A stretch of DNA of 64,000 nucleotides from an uncultured candidate division Zixibacteria bacterium (lineage in GTDB: Bacteria > Zixibacteria > MSB-5A5 > GN15 > FEB-12): positions 608,001-672,000 of the forward strand of contig CAVTJJ010000004.1 of NCBI GenBank assembly GCA_963735035.1, written 5' to 3'. The notes under the pieces are model-generated. The model worked only from the letters and a program-made list of their open reading frames with translations, did no database searches and was not told the origin of the DNA. This document shows positions 10,244-20,171 of the stretch, piece after piece. Each line of letters opens with the position of its first letter. Position 1 is the first letter of the stretch. The translations under genes and the position numbers were made by a program.

Positions 10244-10600
10244 TTGAGAAAGCTTTCCCCTCTCGCCCTCGCCCGTGCTGCCGGTCGGCTAGCTCTCGAA
10301 AAAAAAGGATTCGATGTCAGGATACTCAAGCTCAAGGAGCTGTCATCCGTTTGTGATTATTTCGTCCTTGCTTCGGGAGAAGCCGACACTCACGTCAGAG
10401 CTATCGCGGATGCTGTTTATGACGGCCTGGTCGAGGCAGGTTACAAGCCGACGTATCGCGAAGGCCAGCGGGAAGGTAACTGGGTATTGCTTGATTATAT
10501 AGATGTGGTGGTGCATGTGTTCTACGAACCTACCCGGCGCTTTTATGCTTTGGAGAAGCTCTGGGGCGATGCGCCCGTAGAAGAACTCTCCGACGATTAA
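10244..10600 (+). CDS. rsfS: Ribosome silencing factor
   Basis: DYFVLASG, WVLLDYIDVVVHVF, RRFYALEKLWGDA. Confidence 0.95.
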   Translation: MRKLSPLALARAAGRLALEKKGFDVRILKLKELSSVCDYFVLASGEADTHVRAIADAVYDGLVEAGYKPTYREGQREGNWVLLDYIDVVVHVFYEPTRRFYALEKLWGDAPVEELSDD

Positions 10601-10615
10601 CGAAAGGGTAACGGA

Positions 10616-11900
10616 TTGGAAACAAAAACTGACAATAAGCCCGACAGCGTGGAGTTAGTCGAGCTCAAGAAGAAAACCATCGCCGAGCTGCTCGCGGCTG
10701 CCGAGGCGCTGGATATTCCGGGTGTCTCCGGTCTGCGCAAGTCAGAACTGATCTACAAGATCATGGAAGCGAAATCCACCACCAGCGAAGGCATGATCTT
10801 CGCCGAGGGTGTGCTCGAAACCATGGAAGAAGGGTACGGCTTCCTGCGCTCGCCCGACTACTGCTATCTTCCCGGACCGGATGACATCTACGTGTCGCCG
10901 TCACAGATCAAACGTTTCGACCTGCGCACCGGCGATACCGTCTCCGGCCAGGTACGTCCGCCCAAAGACAACGAGCGGTATTTCGCTCTGCTCAAGATCG
11001 AAGCGGTCAACCATGACGAACCCGAAGTCGCCAAGCATAAGACGCTGTTCGACAACCTGACCCCGCTCTATCCGGACAAGGCTTTCAAGCTCGAAGTCGG
11101 CCAGCAGGAATTGACCACGCGCATTATCGATCTGATGTGTCCAATCGGCCGGGGACAGCGCGCTTTGATTACGTCGCCGCCGAAAGCCGGTAAGACGGTC
11201 ATCCTCCAGAAGATTGCGCAGGCCATTACCGCCAATCATCCCGAAGTCGTGTTGATCGTGCTCCTGATCGATGAGCGTCCCGGAAGAAGTCACCGACATG
11301 CGTCGCTCGGTGAAGGGCGAAGTTATTTCATCCACTTTCGACGAACCGGCGGAACGTCACGTGCAGGTCGCCAAGATGGTGCTCGAGAAAGCCAAACGTT
11401 TGGTGGAGCACAAGCAGCACGTCGTGATTCTGCTCGATTCGATCACCCGCCTGGCGCGTGCTCACAACGCGGTCGTGCCGCACTCCGGCAAGATTCTCTC
11501 GGGTGGTGTTGATTCCAATGCGCTGCACATGCCGAAGCGGTTCTTCGGCGCCGCGCGCAATATCGAAGAGGGTGGCTCGCTGACTATCATCGGTACGGCG
11601 CTGATAGAGACCGGCTCGCGCATGGACGAAGTTATTTTCGAAGAGTTCAAGGGAACGGGCAACATGGAAATGGTGCTCGACCGTCGTCTGGCCGAACGGC
11701 GTATCTATCCGGCGATGGATATCAACCGGTCCGAGACTCGCAAAGAAAACCTGCTGCTCGACGAAGACGTACTCGCGAAGCTGTACATTCTGCGGCGATT
11801 CCTGGCGGAGATGAATCCGATCGAGTCGATGGAATTTCTGATTGGTCGTATTCAGAAGACCGAGAGCAATCGCAAGTTCCTGGCATCGATGAAGGATTAA
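10616..11900 (+). CDS. rho: Transcription termination factor Rho (+1 indel near 11280)
   Basis: [44 protein letters not shown] split across two frames. Confidence 0.96.
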
Positions 11901-11943
11901 CGAGTTACGACTGCCCGGGACCTCATTTCACACGTCCATTATT

Positions 11944-12247
11944 CTGTCTTGCCCCGGTTTGGCCGGGGCACCCAAGGGTTGTTCGTTATGTGCCCGGCAG
12001 ATGCCCACATCTGCCGGCTCGTACGACTACCGCCCCATATCTGTCCTGCCCCGGCATGACCGGGGCACCCAAGGGTGTGATGTGCTAGTTTCCCCTTGCA
12101 TCACACAGCCACCTTCACTATTCTATCTATTAGGAGACAGTTTCCCTGTATCACGAGGGCTCAATGGCGACGTGTGGTAGCCCACAGCTTGCTGTAGGGC
12201 GGTGGAACTTGAAGAACCGTAGGGCAGAACCCCTTGTGGTTCTGCCA
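11944..12247. repeat. REP-like palindrome cluster
   Basis: Two ctgtc..gccccgg..ccggggcacccaagggt copies, ggcagatgcccacatctgcc, gtagcccacagcttgctgt, gtagggcagaacc..ggttctgcc (also at 34112). Confidence 0.75.
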
Positions 12248-12300
12248 GGGTGTGAGAAAATGAGGGTTGGACGGAATAGCAATGAATGAGGGAGAAGCAG

Positions 12301-12949
12301 ATGGCTCAAATCAAGAGTAAAGTAGTATGGGTTATGGGGGGAGTGACGCTGGTCGCGCTCGCCTATCTCATTGGCACACAGTCGGCTGAGTGGATGAAAG
12401 AATGGAATCTCAGCCGCCACTCCGATGAGTACCGCACTCAGGCCGCTGATCAAACAGCGGCGATTCTGAGAAAAATGGGGACAATCAAAGTAGGGGACAC
12501 GTTGGGGAACTTCCCGCTGGAAGACATCGAAGGGAAGTTGCATTTATTGTCTGAATTGGTGACAGATAAGACATTAATTACTTACATGAAGCCGGACTGC
12601 GACGCGTGTCTGGAAGAACTCGAGCGATTGCGAAGCGTCGCCAAAGGCCCGGATGTTTACGAACATGTGATACTTGATCACCTCGGCCAATCCGCTGCAC
12701 ATGCAGCGCATACGAGAAGATTACGGTCTGGGGTGTGAGATTTTGTACGATAATGAACGACAGTTTGGTGCGGCGTTGAAGATTCAGTCGTTCCCGTTCA
12801 ATTTGGTGGTGGACCGCGATCGGGTGATACAAGCGATTCACGCGAACACACTTCTACCTGATGACTATGAACAGTTGTTTGAGGCGGTGCACTCCGACAC
12901 AGCGAAGCGGGGCCCGATAATACGTCATGCTGAGCCTGTCGAAGGGTGA
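12301..12949 (+). CDS. Membrane-anchored redoxin (AhpC/TSA-TlpA thioredoxin fold, CxxC); indel near 12675
   Basis: N-terminal TM, VGDTLGNFPLEDIEG, PDCDAC, cis-Pro loop SFPFNLVVD in the shifted frame. Confidence 0.8.
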
Positions 12950-13043
12950 CCACTGGAAGAAATCATAAATGCAAAGCCGCCTGACTGTCCGTTCCCTTCC
13001 TTTAACCCATAACCTATCGTAATGAAGGAAGGAGAACTCTATT

Positions 13044-13308
13044 ATGACAAAGATACACGAAAGTTCTGATAATCTATACGTATCTGTTCCTGTTTGCGTT
13101 TACGCTCGGCTTCAGTTTCACAGCGAGAGTCAACGCCGAGCAAGGTCCTGAACCATGCTGTGTGGTGCAGTGGTGTCCCAGCGATCCGGATCAGCCCGAA
13201 CTGCAGGGGCATTTTGATGGTTGGGGATCTTGCGTCTATGAGGCCCATGGTAATCGGTGTGATATCTACACGATCTGTTCCAACCCCAACCCCGGGCCAA
13301 TACAATAG
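13044..13308 (+). CDS. Small secreted six-cysteine protein, about 87 aa (one extra A at 13049-13051; absent from ORF track)
   Basis: Strong RBS aaggaaggag; removing one A gives MTRYTKVLIIYTYLFLFAFTLGFSFTARVNA-EQGPEPCCVVQWCPSD...GSCVYE...RCDIYTICSNPNPGPIQ*. Confidence 0.72.
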
Positions 13309-13431
13309 GTGCAGAATTGCACTGCTCGCACTTGAGTAGTGAATTCCGACAATTGCGTGCAATTTGACAGGCGCAAGTTTTCGATAATCGGAACGGCAGT
13401 CAGGCGGTGATTTAACTGATAGGCTTTGGTT

Positions 13432-15879
13432 ATGAAGTGCCTGCAAATAGTTCGTACTACGTCGGCAATAGTAACGGTCGTGATTTGGGTGTCCATGATC
13501 TTTGTATTCCGTTCCATCTGTCTGGCGGAGCCACGACGCGGCCTTATAATGGCTCACAGCCAGGGGTCTATTCAGACAACGATCACACCTGGAGGGTGGG
13601 GGTACCTGAACAACCTTGGCAGCGGCGATGTCCCCTTCGTCGATCCGATTACCAATGACACCATATATGGAACCACCTATCCAAGGGGAACGAGGGCCGT
13701 GTATATGAACGGCAATGTTGCAGTGTGCGGCATTTCTGGTTCCGACACACTGCTGTCGTCGTTTCTGTGGAGTGATCCACGGATATTTGACAGCCTCTGG
13801 AATGTTGAATCCTCAGATGTTAGTTCGGAATACTACTCGACAGAGGCGCACTCCCCGCTCGATCTTGAGTGCAGGTTTTACGACACTGCGGTTGTCGATA
13901 TTGGCACACCTGCCACGCCGAAGTTGCACACACCTATGGACATAATGGTGACTCAGCGCTCTATGGCCTGGACCGGCGCGTCAGTTGACGACTTCTTCAT
14001 TCTACAGTACGAGGTCGTCAACGTTGGGCATAAGCCGCTCCAACAAGTGTATTGTACCGTGTTCTCCGGGGACTACGACTTTGTAGGGTCTGAGACATAC
14101 GAAGATGACGTGACCGGATTTCTGCAAACCTATCCGCTTGATCCAAATTGCGGTAATAGAGACATACTGAATCTGGCTTACAAGATGGACAACGACGGCG
14201 ATCCCGAGGGTGGCCGCTTTGGTACGGGGTCGCGACGAGCTGGTGTTGGCGTCCTCTATCTGGGTAGTTCGCAACCGTCGGCGACCATCGGATACTACTG
14301 GCTTATTCAATTAGGCGGGGGGTATGATTATTGGGGTCCCCGACGGAAACCTACGTTTGACGATCCCTGGCGATCTTTTGGTCCTTCGTTTGCATTGCCG
14401 GTCAGCAACGGCGACTATTACTATCTCATGAGTCACCCACACATTGCTTATGATCAACTCTTTGCGGCAGTAGACCACGGGTCGGATGGTTGGATGCCGC
14501 CGACCGAAAACGGCACAATCGCCGCCGAGGGCTTAACTCCTGCAGTTATCTACTCGTTTGGCCCTTTTGACATACCGGTGCGAGAGAAGATTAGTTTCAC
14601 CATAGCTGTTGTGGGTGGTGACAATGTCCATACAAATCCGAATGCTTACTTTGAACCAACATCTCCACAAAGCTTCTACGATCAACTCGACTTCTCAGAG
14701 CTTGCCACCAACGCCCAATGGGCCAAATGGGTGTATGATAATCCCGGCGTAGATACAGACTCCGACGGATACTTCGGTGAGTACCGCATCTGCGAAGGCG
14801 AGACGACCTGGTACAAAGGGGACGGCGTCCCTGATTTCCGTGGCAACACGCCGCCGCCGATTCCATTCACCCGGTACGAGACAGAGGCGGGGAAGATCAT
14901 TGTCCGCTGGAACGGATATCTCTCCGAAACAACCAAAGACATCTTCTCGAATTTGATCGATTTCGAGGGGTATCGGGTATATTGCGGTCTGGATAATCGA
15001 AAGACGAGTCTGGCGTTGCTGACCAGTTACGACAAGCAGGACTGGTTGCGGTGGAAATACAACGAGCTGGGATCGGGCGAGAGTCGCTGGTTCAACGATG
15101 ATCCGCCGTTTAGTCTCGATTCGTTGCGCATTCTTCATAACAATCCCGATCTCAACCCCGACGACTACCCCCGTCAACGCCCTTTGTTTGAGGGTGACAG
15201 CGCTTTCTATTTCTCGGCTGTCGACGAGAACGTGTACAGTCTGACTACTCCCAACGGCATCCACAAAGCCTACCCTGATGCTATCAACCCCGGCACTGAC
15301 TCGACCCTCTGGACGGATGCTGATATAACCACCGAGCACGATGGCCGCAAGCTCCCCAAGTACTATGAATATGAATACGTGATCGACAATCTTCTGCCGA
15401 CCGTGCCATATTTTGTTGCCGTAACCGTCTTTGACTTTGGCTATGCCGGCGGACGCGGCAATATGCCTCCCGACGAAACCAACCCGCTCAATAACGTCAC
15501 CGAATGTTACGCGCAGACTTCGTCGGAGATAGTCGAACAAGAGAATCTCGACGCCTATGTCTATCCCAATCCCTACAGAGTTGACGCCAAATATGAGGAC
15601 GGCGGTTACGAGAACCGCAAGGGGAACATCATCCCAGACCGGGCGCGACTAATACATTTCGGCAATCTGCCTCGGGTGTGCAAGATCAAAGTGTATTCAC
15701 TCGACGGCGATCATATTGGCACGATCGATCACAATTTCCCCGAGGGCGGCCCTGAGTCGATGCACGACTGGTGGAACCTTGTGAGCCGCTCCGGCCTGGC
15801 GGTGGAATCGGGGCTTTACTATTGGGTGGTCGAAAGTGCCACTCGCACGCAGATAGGGAAGTTGGTGATATTGAAGTGA
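13432..15879 (+). CDS. Large secreted protein with FlgD/T9SS-like C-terminal domain
   Basis: Signal peptide; D/Y-rich beta content; DFEGYRVY; VYPNPYR...WNL...SGLYYWVVES..IGKLVILK tail. Confidence 0.8.
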   Translation: MKCLQIVRTTSAIVTVVIWVSMIFVFRSICLAEPRRGLIMAHSQGSIQTTITPGGWGYLNNLGSGDVPFVDPITNDTIYGTTYPRGTRAVYMNGNVAVCGISGSDTLLSSFLWSDPRIFDSLWNVESSDVSSEYYSTEAHSPLDLECRFYDTAVVDIGTPATPKLHTPMDIMVTQRSMAWTGASVDDFFILQYEVVNVGHKPLQQVYCTVFSGDYDFVGSETYEDDVTGFLQTYPLDPNCGNRDILNLAYKMDNDGDPEGGRFGTGSRRAGVGVLYLGSSQPSATIGYYWLIQLGGGYDYWGPRRKPTFDDPWRSFGPSFALPVSNGDYYYLMSHPHIAYDQLFAAVDHGSDGWMPPTENGTIAAEGLTPAVIYSFGPFDIPVREKISFTIAVVGGDNVHTNPNAYFEPTSPQSFYDQLDFSELATNAQWAKWVYDNPGVDTDSDGYFGEYRICEGETTWYKGDGVPDFRGNTPPPIPFTRYETEAGKIIVRWNGYLSETTKDIFSNLIDFEGYRVYCGLDNRKTSLALLTSYDKQDWLRWKYNELGSGESRWFNDDPPFSLDSLRILHNNPDLNPDDYPRQRPLFEGDSAFYFSAVDENVYSLTTPNGIHKAYPDAINPGTDSTLWTDADITTEHDGRKLPKYYEYEYVIDNLLPTVPYFVAVTVFDFGYAGGRGNMPPDETNPLNNVTECYAQTSSEIVEQENLDAYVYPNPYRVDAKYEDGGYENRKGNIIPDRARLIHFGNLPRVCKIKVYSLDGDHIGTIDHNFPEGGPESMHDWWNLVSRSGLAVESGLYYWVVESATRTQIGKLVILK

Positions 15880-15887
15880 CAATCCAC

Positions 15888-16690
15888 TTGGTGGACGAGG
15901 ACGTCCATCACGCACGACGGGTGGGATTCTTATGCCAACGGCCGAAAGGCCGTCACCCCCGAGGCGTCGGGGGCCCAGTCAAGTTCGCTGTGAAGAGATA
16001 GTAGACATCAGGAAAGATGCTCGAAACAATTCTCTTATTGAAAACTCGCTCTTGTGAACATCCATCTTGACTGGGTTCCTGCCTTCGCAGGAATGACAGG
16101 ACTCGCGTCCTGTTTCAGAGTCGATCAACCCACAGCAAGCTGTGGGATACCAGGTACGAGTCGGCAGATGTGGGCTCGCCGCGGCGGACCGGGCACTTTG
16201 CACATCAAGCGGCGGGCCGGGCACTCTTCATGAGCGGGCCACACAACTGTCTTGCCCCGCTTCAGGCGTGGCACCCAGTCAGTAGGTCAGGAGCCCTTAG
16301 GCTCCTGACATTTTCTCCTATCTCCGTCATTCCCGGCTTGGCCGGGAATCCATGGGTTGTCGCATTGGCCTCACTCCGGAAGATGACATGAGGGCAAGAT
16401 CTGGAGAAGAATAGCAGATTTCGTTTCTCTTGTGCTGTACTCAGCCATGGCTGTCGCGAGTAGTCATGGGTGCCCGACCAAGTCGGGCATGACGGAATAG
16501 CAACTCTTGACAAGATCTATCAAGATCCCACCCGCTGGGTGGGGTACCGAAGATAGCGTTCCGTACGAGTCGGCAGATGTGGATCCGCCGCGGCGGACCG
16601 GGCACTTTGCACATCAAGCGGCAGGCCGGGCACTCTTCATGAGCGGGTCACAATACTGTCTTGCCCAGCTTCAGGCGGGGCATCCAGGGG
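15888..16690. repeat. Dense mosaic of REP/RPE-like palindromes including a 125-bp direct repeat
   Basis: 16154-16278 is near-identical to 16563-16687; GTCAT-, GTAG-, GTGG- and GTAC-initiated hairpins. Confidence 0.85.
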
Positions 16691-16709
16691 TCGTAGATCG
16701 AATGCCGGA

Positions 16710-17688
16710 TCAGAAAATTCCGAACACCTTCTTGCCGGCCCGCATCACTCCGATAGTCAGCACGATACCCTGGTCGTGGTAATCGTTTAGAGTGACGCTA
16801 TATTCCACCGTGGCAACTACCCTGAAATCATAGGTACGAAACGTCAGGAATCCCCCTTTGAAAAGAAACTCGAAACCGTCACTCGGTTTTTCAGGCTGAT
16901 AATCGTAATAATTTCCGTCATAGACGTAGCCTACCTTATGTGACACGGCATGAAATCCCAACCCGGCTCCGATGAACGGGCTGAAATCCTTCGGACTCAT
17001 CAGGTATAGAAAACCGATGTTGAGCGCGAAACCTTTCCTGATGCCGAGCACAGCATCGACCGTCACATGCCTCAATTCGTAGAAGCTTCGGAAATCCCAG
17101 ACGAAGAGCCGATCCTCGTTATCGTAACCCTTCTGAGGATAGAGATACCCGAACGCTACGCCCCAGGTGGAGTTTGCCTTACGCGACCGGGCCTCTTCGG
17201 TTTCCTGCTCGGTAACGAGGCCGACTTCAGCGGTTTTCTCGGCCGGTGTTTCCTGTACAATACTCGCAGCCACCCGCTTGGAGACCTGATCGAGGTCTTC
17301 GACCCGCAGCGCACTCATCTCATCAGAGAGAACGGTCTTGCCGGCCTGGACATCGACCACGGAATATTGAAAGATGATCTTCTCACCGAGCCGATTCAAG
17401 ACTACCGTAGACCACTTTTGTAGCCTTCACTCGTGAACCGATCTCTGTGGCACAGACGGCGTCCGCACAGCCGCTTTCGGGCAGCAGCGGCTGGATTTCG
17501 CTCCTGGGGACAACTTCGTATTTCTTCAACTGAGTGATCTGGGACACGAGCAGTTGGTAGACGGTTTCCTGAGTCGAGGCATCCACGCCGCTTCCGGCCA
17601 GGGGCAGAACAGCCAGTCGGTCTTCTGCGAGTAGCAGCTGAGGAAGGCATGTGGCGAGGATGGCAACTGCAAACAGGGTTTTCTTCAT
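16710..17688 (-). CDS. Exported protein, N-terminal CsgG/TolB-like alpha/beta domain plus C-terminal beta-barrel (indel near 17398)
   Basis: MKKTLF signal peptide, LAVLPL, C-x4-C, VYGSL|NRLG joins two ORFs; C-terminal aromatic strands ending FGIF. Confidence 0.65.
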
Positions 17689-17874
17689 CTGACTTCTCCC
17701 GTGAACGGACTTAGGGACGGTTTCTTTCGCCACTCGGAAAGACCGTCTCCAATATAGATTATTGCCACACGTAATTTATCTCCCATGGGCCGATCGTGCA
17801 ACAGGGGATTTGGCAGGGTGTTTGAGCTCCATTTCGGTCTTGCCCGCGAATCAATTCTGTCGTCCCCCGGTTTG

Positions 17875-18058
17875 GGGCTTGTTGAAGAAGCCCGTCTAAT
17901 CGTCATTGCGGGCGAAGAAGGCCCGCCGCCAGGCGGGACAGCGTAGCGCGGCAATCTCAAGCTTGTTGTGGCAGTGCCATTTGAGATCGCCACGTCTCGC
18001 CCGCGAAGCGCGGTCGAGACTCGCGATGACGGGGAGGGGACTTTTGTCAACACTCCCA
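17875..18058. mobile_element. Putative non-autonomous MITE-like element enclosing a GTCATTGCG palindrome pair
   Basis: Imperfect terminal IRs gggcttgttgaagaagccc / gggacttttgtcaacactccc; internal gtcattgcg..gcaatctc and gagatcgc..cgcgatgac. Confidence 0.45.
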
Positions 18059-18165
18059 TTAGGAGGGGGACCCAGGGTTGTAACTCTTCAAAACTTGCCA
18101 AGAACCCTCCGAAGATGTAGATGTTCTCTTAGTAAGTCGCGGATTTCGAAAGGATGCACCAAATT

Positions 18166-18528
18166 ATGGCTACTGCAGTACTCTACATAATTCTCGGATT
18201 GGCCGCTGGAGCACTTAGCGGATTGATCGGGATCGGTGGCGGGGTGATAATCGTTCCCGCTTTGGTGTTCTTGTTTGGTTTCTCTCAGCATCAGGCCCAG
18301 GGCACGACGCTGGCTTTGCTGGTTCCGCCGATTGGCATTCTGGCGGCAATGACCTACTACAAACAGGGATATGTTGATATCCGAATCGCGGCGCTTGTGG
18401 CCGTGGGTTTTCTGGTGGGCAGTTTGTTCGGTGCGAAATTCGCGGTCGGACTGTCGAATGTGGTGCTTGAGAAAGTATTCGGTGTCGCACTGCTGGTGAT
18501 TGCAATCAAGATGATTTTCGGGAAGTAG
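18166..18528 (+). CDS. TauE/SafE (TSUP) family half-size membrane protein
   Basis: SGLIGIGGGVIIVP, QHQAQGTTL. Confidence 0.88.
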   Translation: MATAVLYIILGLAAGALSGLIGIGGGVIIVPALVFLFGFSQHQAQGTTLALLVPPIGILAAMTYYKQGYVDIRIAALVAVGFLVGSLFGAKFAVGLSNVVLEKVFGVALLVIAIKMIFGK

Positions 18529-18650
18529 TCTGTGGGGTGGCCCCTCTCCGCCCCTCGCTTTTATCTTGTCACGCACCTAAGCCCCCTGCTACTTAATCAG
18601 TTACAGGAAACCGTCTGCCCCCGGTACACGTACCGGAGCATATAAGGGCT

Positions 18651-19313
18651 ATGAAAGAACCGGTCGTCGAACTCACCGATATTCAGGTCAAACAGGACCG
18701 TGGCGGATACCTCTATCGAGGGCTGAAGCTCACGATCGAATCCGGTCGCTCGGCGGTCATCATCGGTCCGTCCGGTTCTGGCAAGAGCTGGCTGGTTGAC
18801 ATGCTCATCGGTCTGCGACGACCCGACCAGGGGCAAATTGCCGTTCTTGGTCGATCTCTCGTGCCGCTCAAGCGACGTGTCGTCCGCGAAATCCGACGCC
18901 AGATCGGCGGTGTCGGCGGCCCGTTCGGTCTGGTGCCGTCGCTCTCGGTCGCGGAGAACATCACCCTGCCGCTCATACTCAATGCGGAACGGATAGAGGT
19001 CCAACAGGAGCGACTCTTTCGCATGCTCTCCGAGTTCTCGCTCCTGAAACTGGCCAACAAATATCCGCAGCATCTAACCCGGGTCGAAACCACACTGGTG
19101 CAGTTCGCGCGCGCTGCCGTGGCGGATCAGCCGTTGATAATCATCGATGAACCGGCCGCCGGGCTCGATCAGGATAGCTACAAGCGGGTGTTCGAATTTC
19201 TGATCAAGATGGCGCTGACGGGAAGCTCGATGCTCATCCTGGCGTCACAGCCGCCCCCGGCGGAATTGCCCAACAGCCACACCTACCATCTGAATAACGG
19301 AGCGCTCGAATGA
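18651..19313 (+). CDS. ftsE: FtsE-like ABC ATP-binding protein (degenerate signature)
   Basis: Walker A GPSGSGKS, Walker B IIIDEP; operon with ftsX and envC. Confidence 0.7.
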   Translation: MKEPVVELTDIQVKQDRGGYLYRGLKLTIESGRSAVIIGPSGSGKSWLVDMLIGLRRPDQGQIAVLGRSLVPLKRRVVREIRRQIGGVGGPFGLVPSLSVAENITLPLILNAERIEVQQERLFRMLSEFSLLKLANKYPQHLTRVETTLVQFARAAVADQPLIIIDEPAAGLDQDSYKRVFEFLIKMALTGSSMLILASQPPPAELPNSHTYHLNNGALE

Positions 19314-20170
19314 TCCGCGCAGCATACATCCTGCGCGAAATCGGCCGCGACTTGCTCCGCAATCTCGGCACGGTGCTGGCGTCGCTTCTGTCGCTCACGT
19401 TGTTGCTGTTGCTGTTCGATCTCTTCTGGGTTGCCTCGGGGACCGCCGACAAGTTCTACAAAGACCTTCTGTCCGAGTTGCGGGTCGAAGTATTTGTCGA
19501 CGAGGCCGTGTCTGATTCGACTCTGTCCGATGTGACGGTCAAGCTGCTCCAGGTCGAGGGTGTGACCGATTTCGAATTCATCTCGCGCGAAGAAGCCCGT
19601 CGCCGTCTGACCGACATGGTTGGAACGGACTTGCTGGTCGGTTATGATTCCACCAACCCGCTGCCACGCTCCTATATGCTGAAGATCGACGAGGCCCATC
19701 GCAACGGCGAAGCTCTGTTGAAAATGGAAAAATCGCTGCGTGAGATCGAAGGCCTAAGCGAAATTCATTACAGTCGGGAATGGCTCGAAAAGACTGAGAA
19801 GGTGAAGGGCATAATTCTTCGGATAGGTCTGGTGCTGGGGATTCTTACCTTCGCCGGGGCGTTACTTGCGTCGGCCAACAATATGCGTCTGATGACACGC
19901 GCGCAGGCGATCGGGTTCAGGCAGAAATTGCTGCTGGGCGCCGGACGTATGTTTGTGGCTATGCCATCGCTGGTCGAGAGTTTTCTTATCGCCGGGCTGG
20001 CGGCGGTCATTGGCTGGGGTTTGATATTCTACGGTCGCACCAAGATCGTCTTCGAAAGTATCGAGATCGTCTTCCCGCCCCGGCACAAGATTATTTTGTT
20101 CTGTCTGGGTATGGCGTTCCTGGGAGCTATAAGCGGGCTGCTCGGTTTGCGCAAGATGCTGAGGGACTGA
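19310..20170 (+). CDS. ftsX: Cell division permease FtsX
   Basis: ISREEA, NPLPRS, LLGA..FV..P.LVES, four TM. Confidence 0.88.
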   Translation: MIRAAYILREIGRDLLRNLGTVLASLLSLTLLLLLFDLFWVASGTADKFYKDLLSELRVEVFVDEAVSDSTLSDVTVKLLQVEGVTDFEFISREEARRRLTDMVGTDLLVGYDSTNPLPRSYMLKIDEAHRNGEALLKMEKSLREIEGLSEIHYSREWLEKTEKVKGIILRIGLVLGILTFAGALLASANNMRLMTRAQAIGFRQKLLLGAGRMFVAMPSLVESFLIAGLAAVIGWGLIFYGRTKIVFESIEIVFPPRHKIILFCLGMAFLGAISGLLGLRKMLRD

Positions 20171-20171
20171 G

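Noticed and set aside
11270..11290. Programmed frameshifting or true pseudogenisation of rho and metG
   Set aside because: No slippery heptamer or stimulatory structure is seen, and similar indels are scattered over unrelated genes
13042..13557. 171-aa minus-strand ORF and 81-aa plus-strand ORF (13094-13339) from the track
   Set aside because: No RBS or protein-like features; the signal-peptide Cys-rich frame with a strong SD explains the region better
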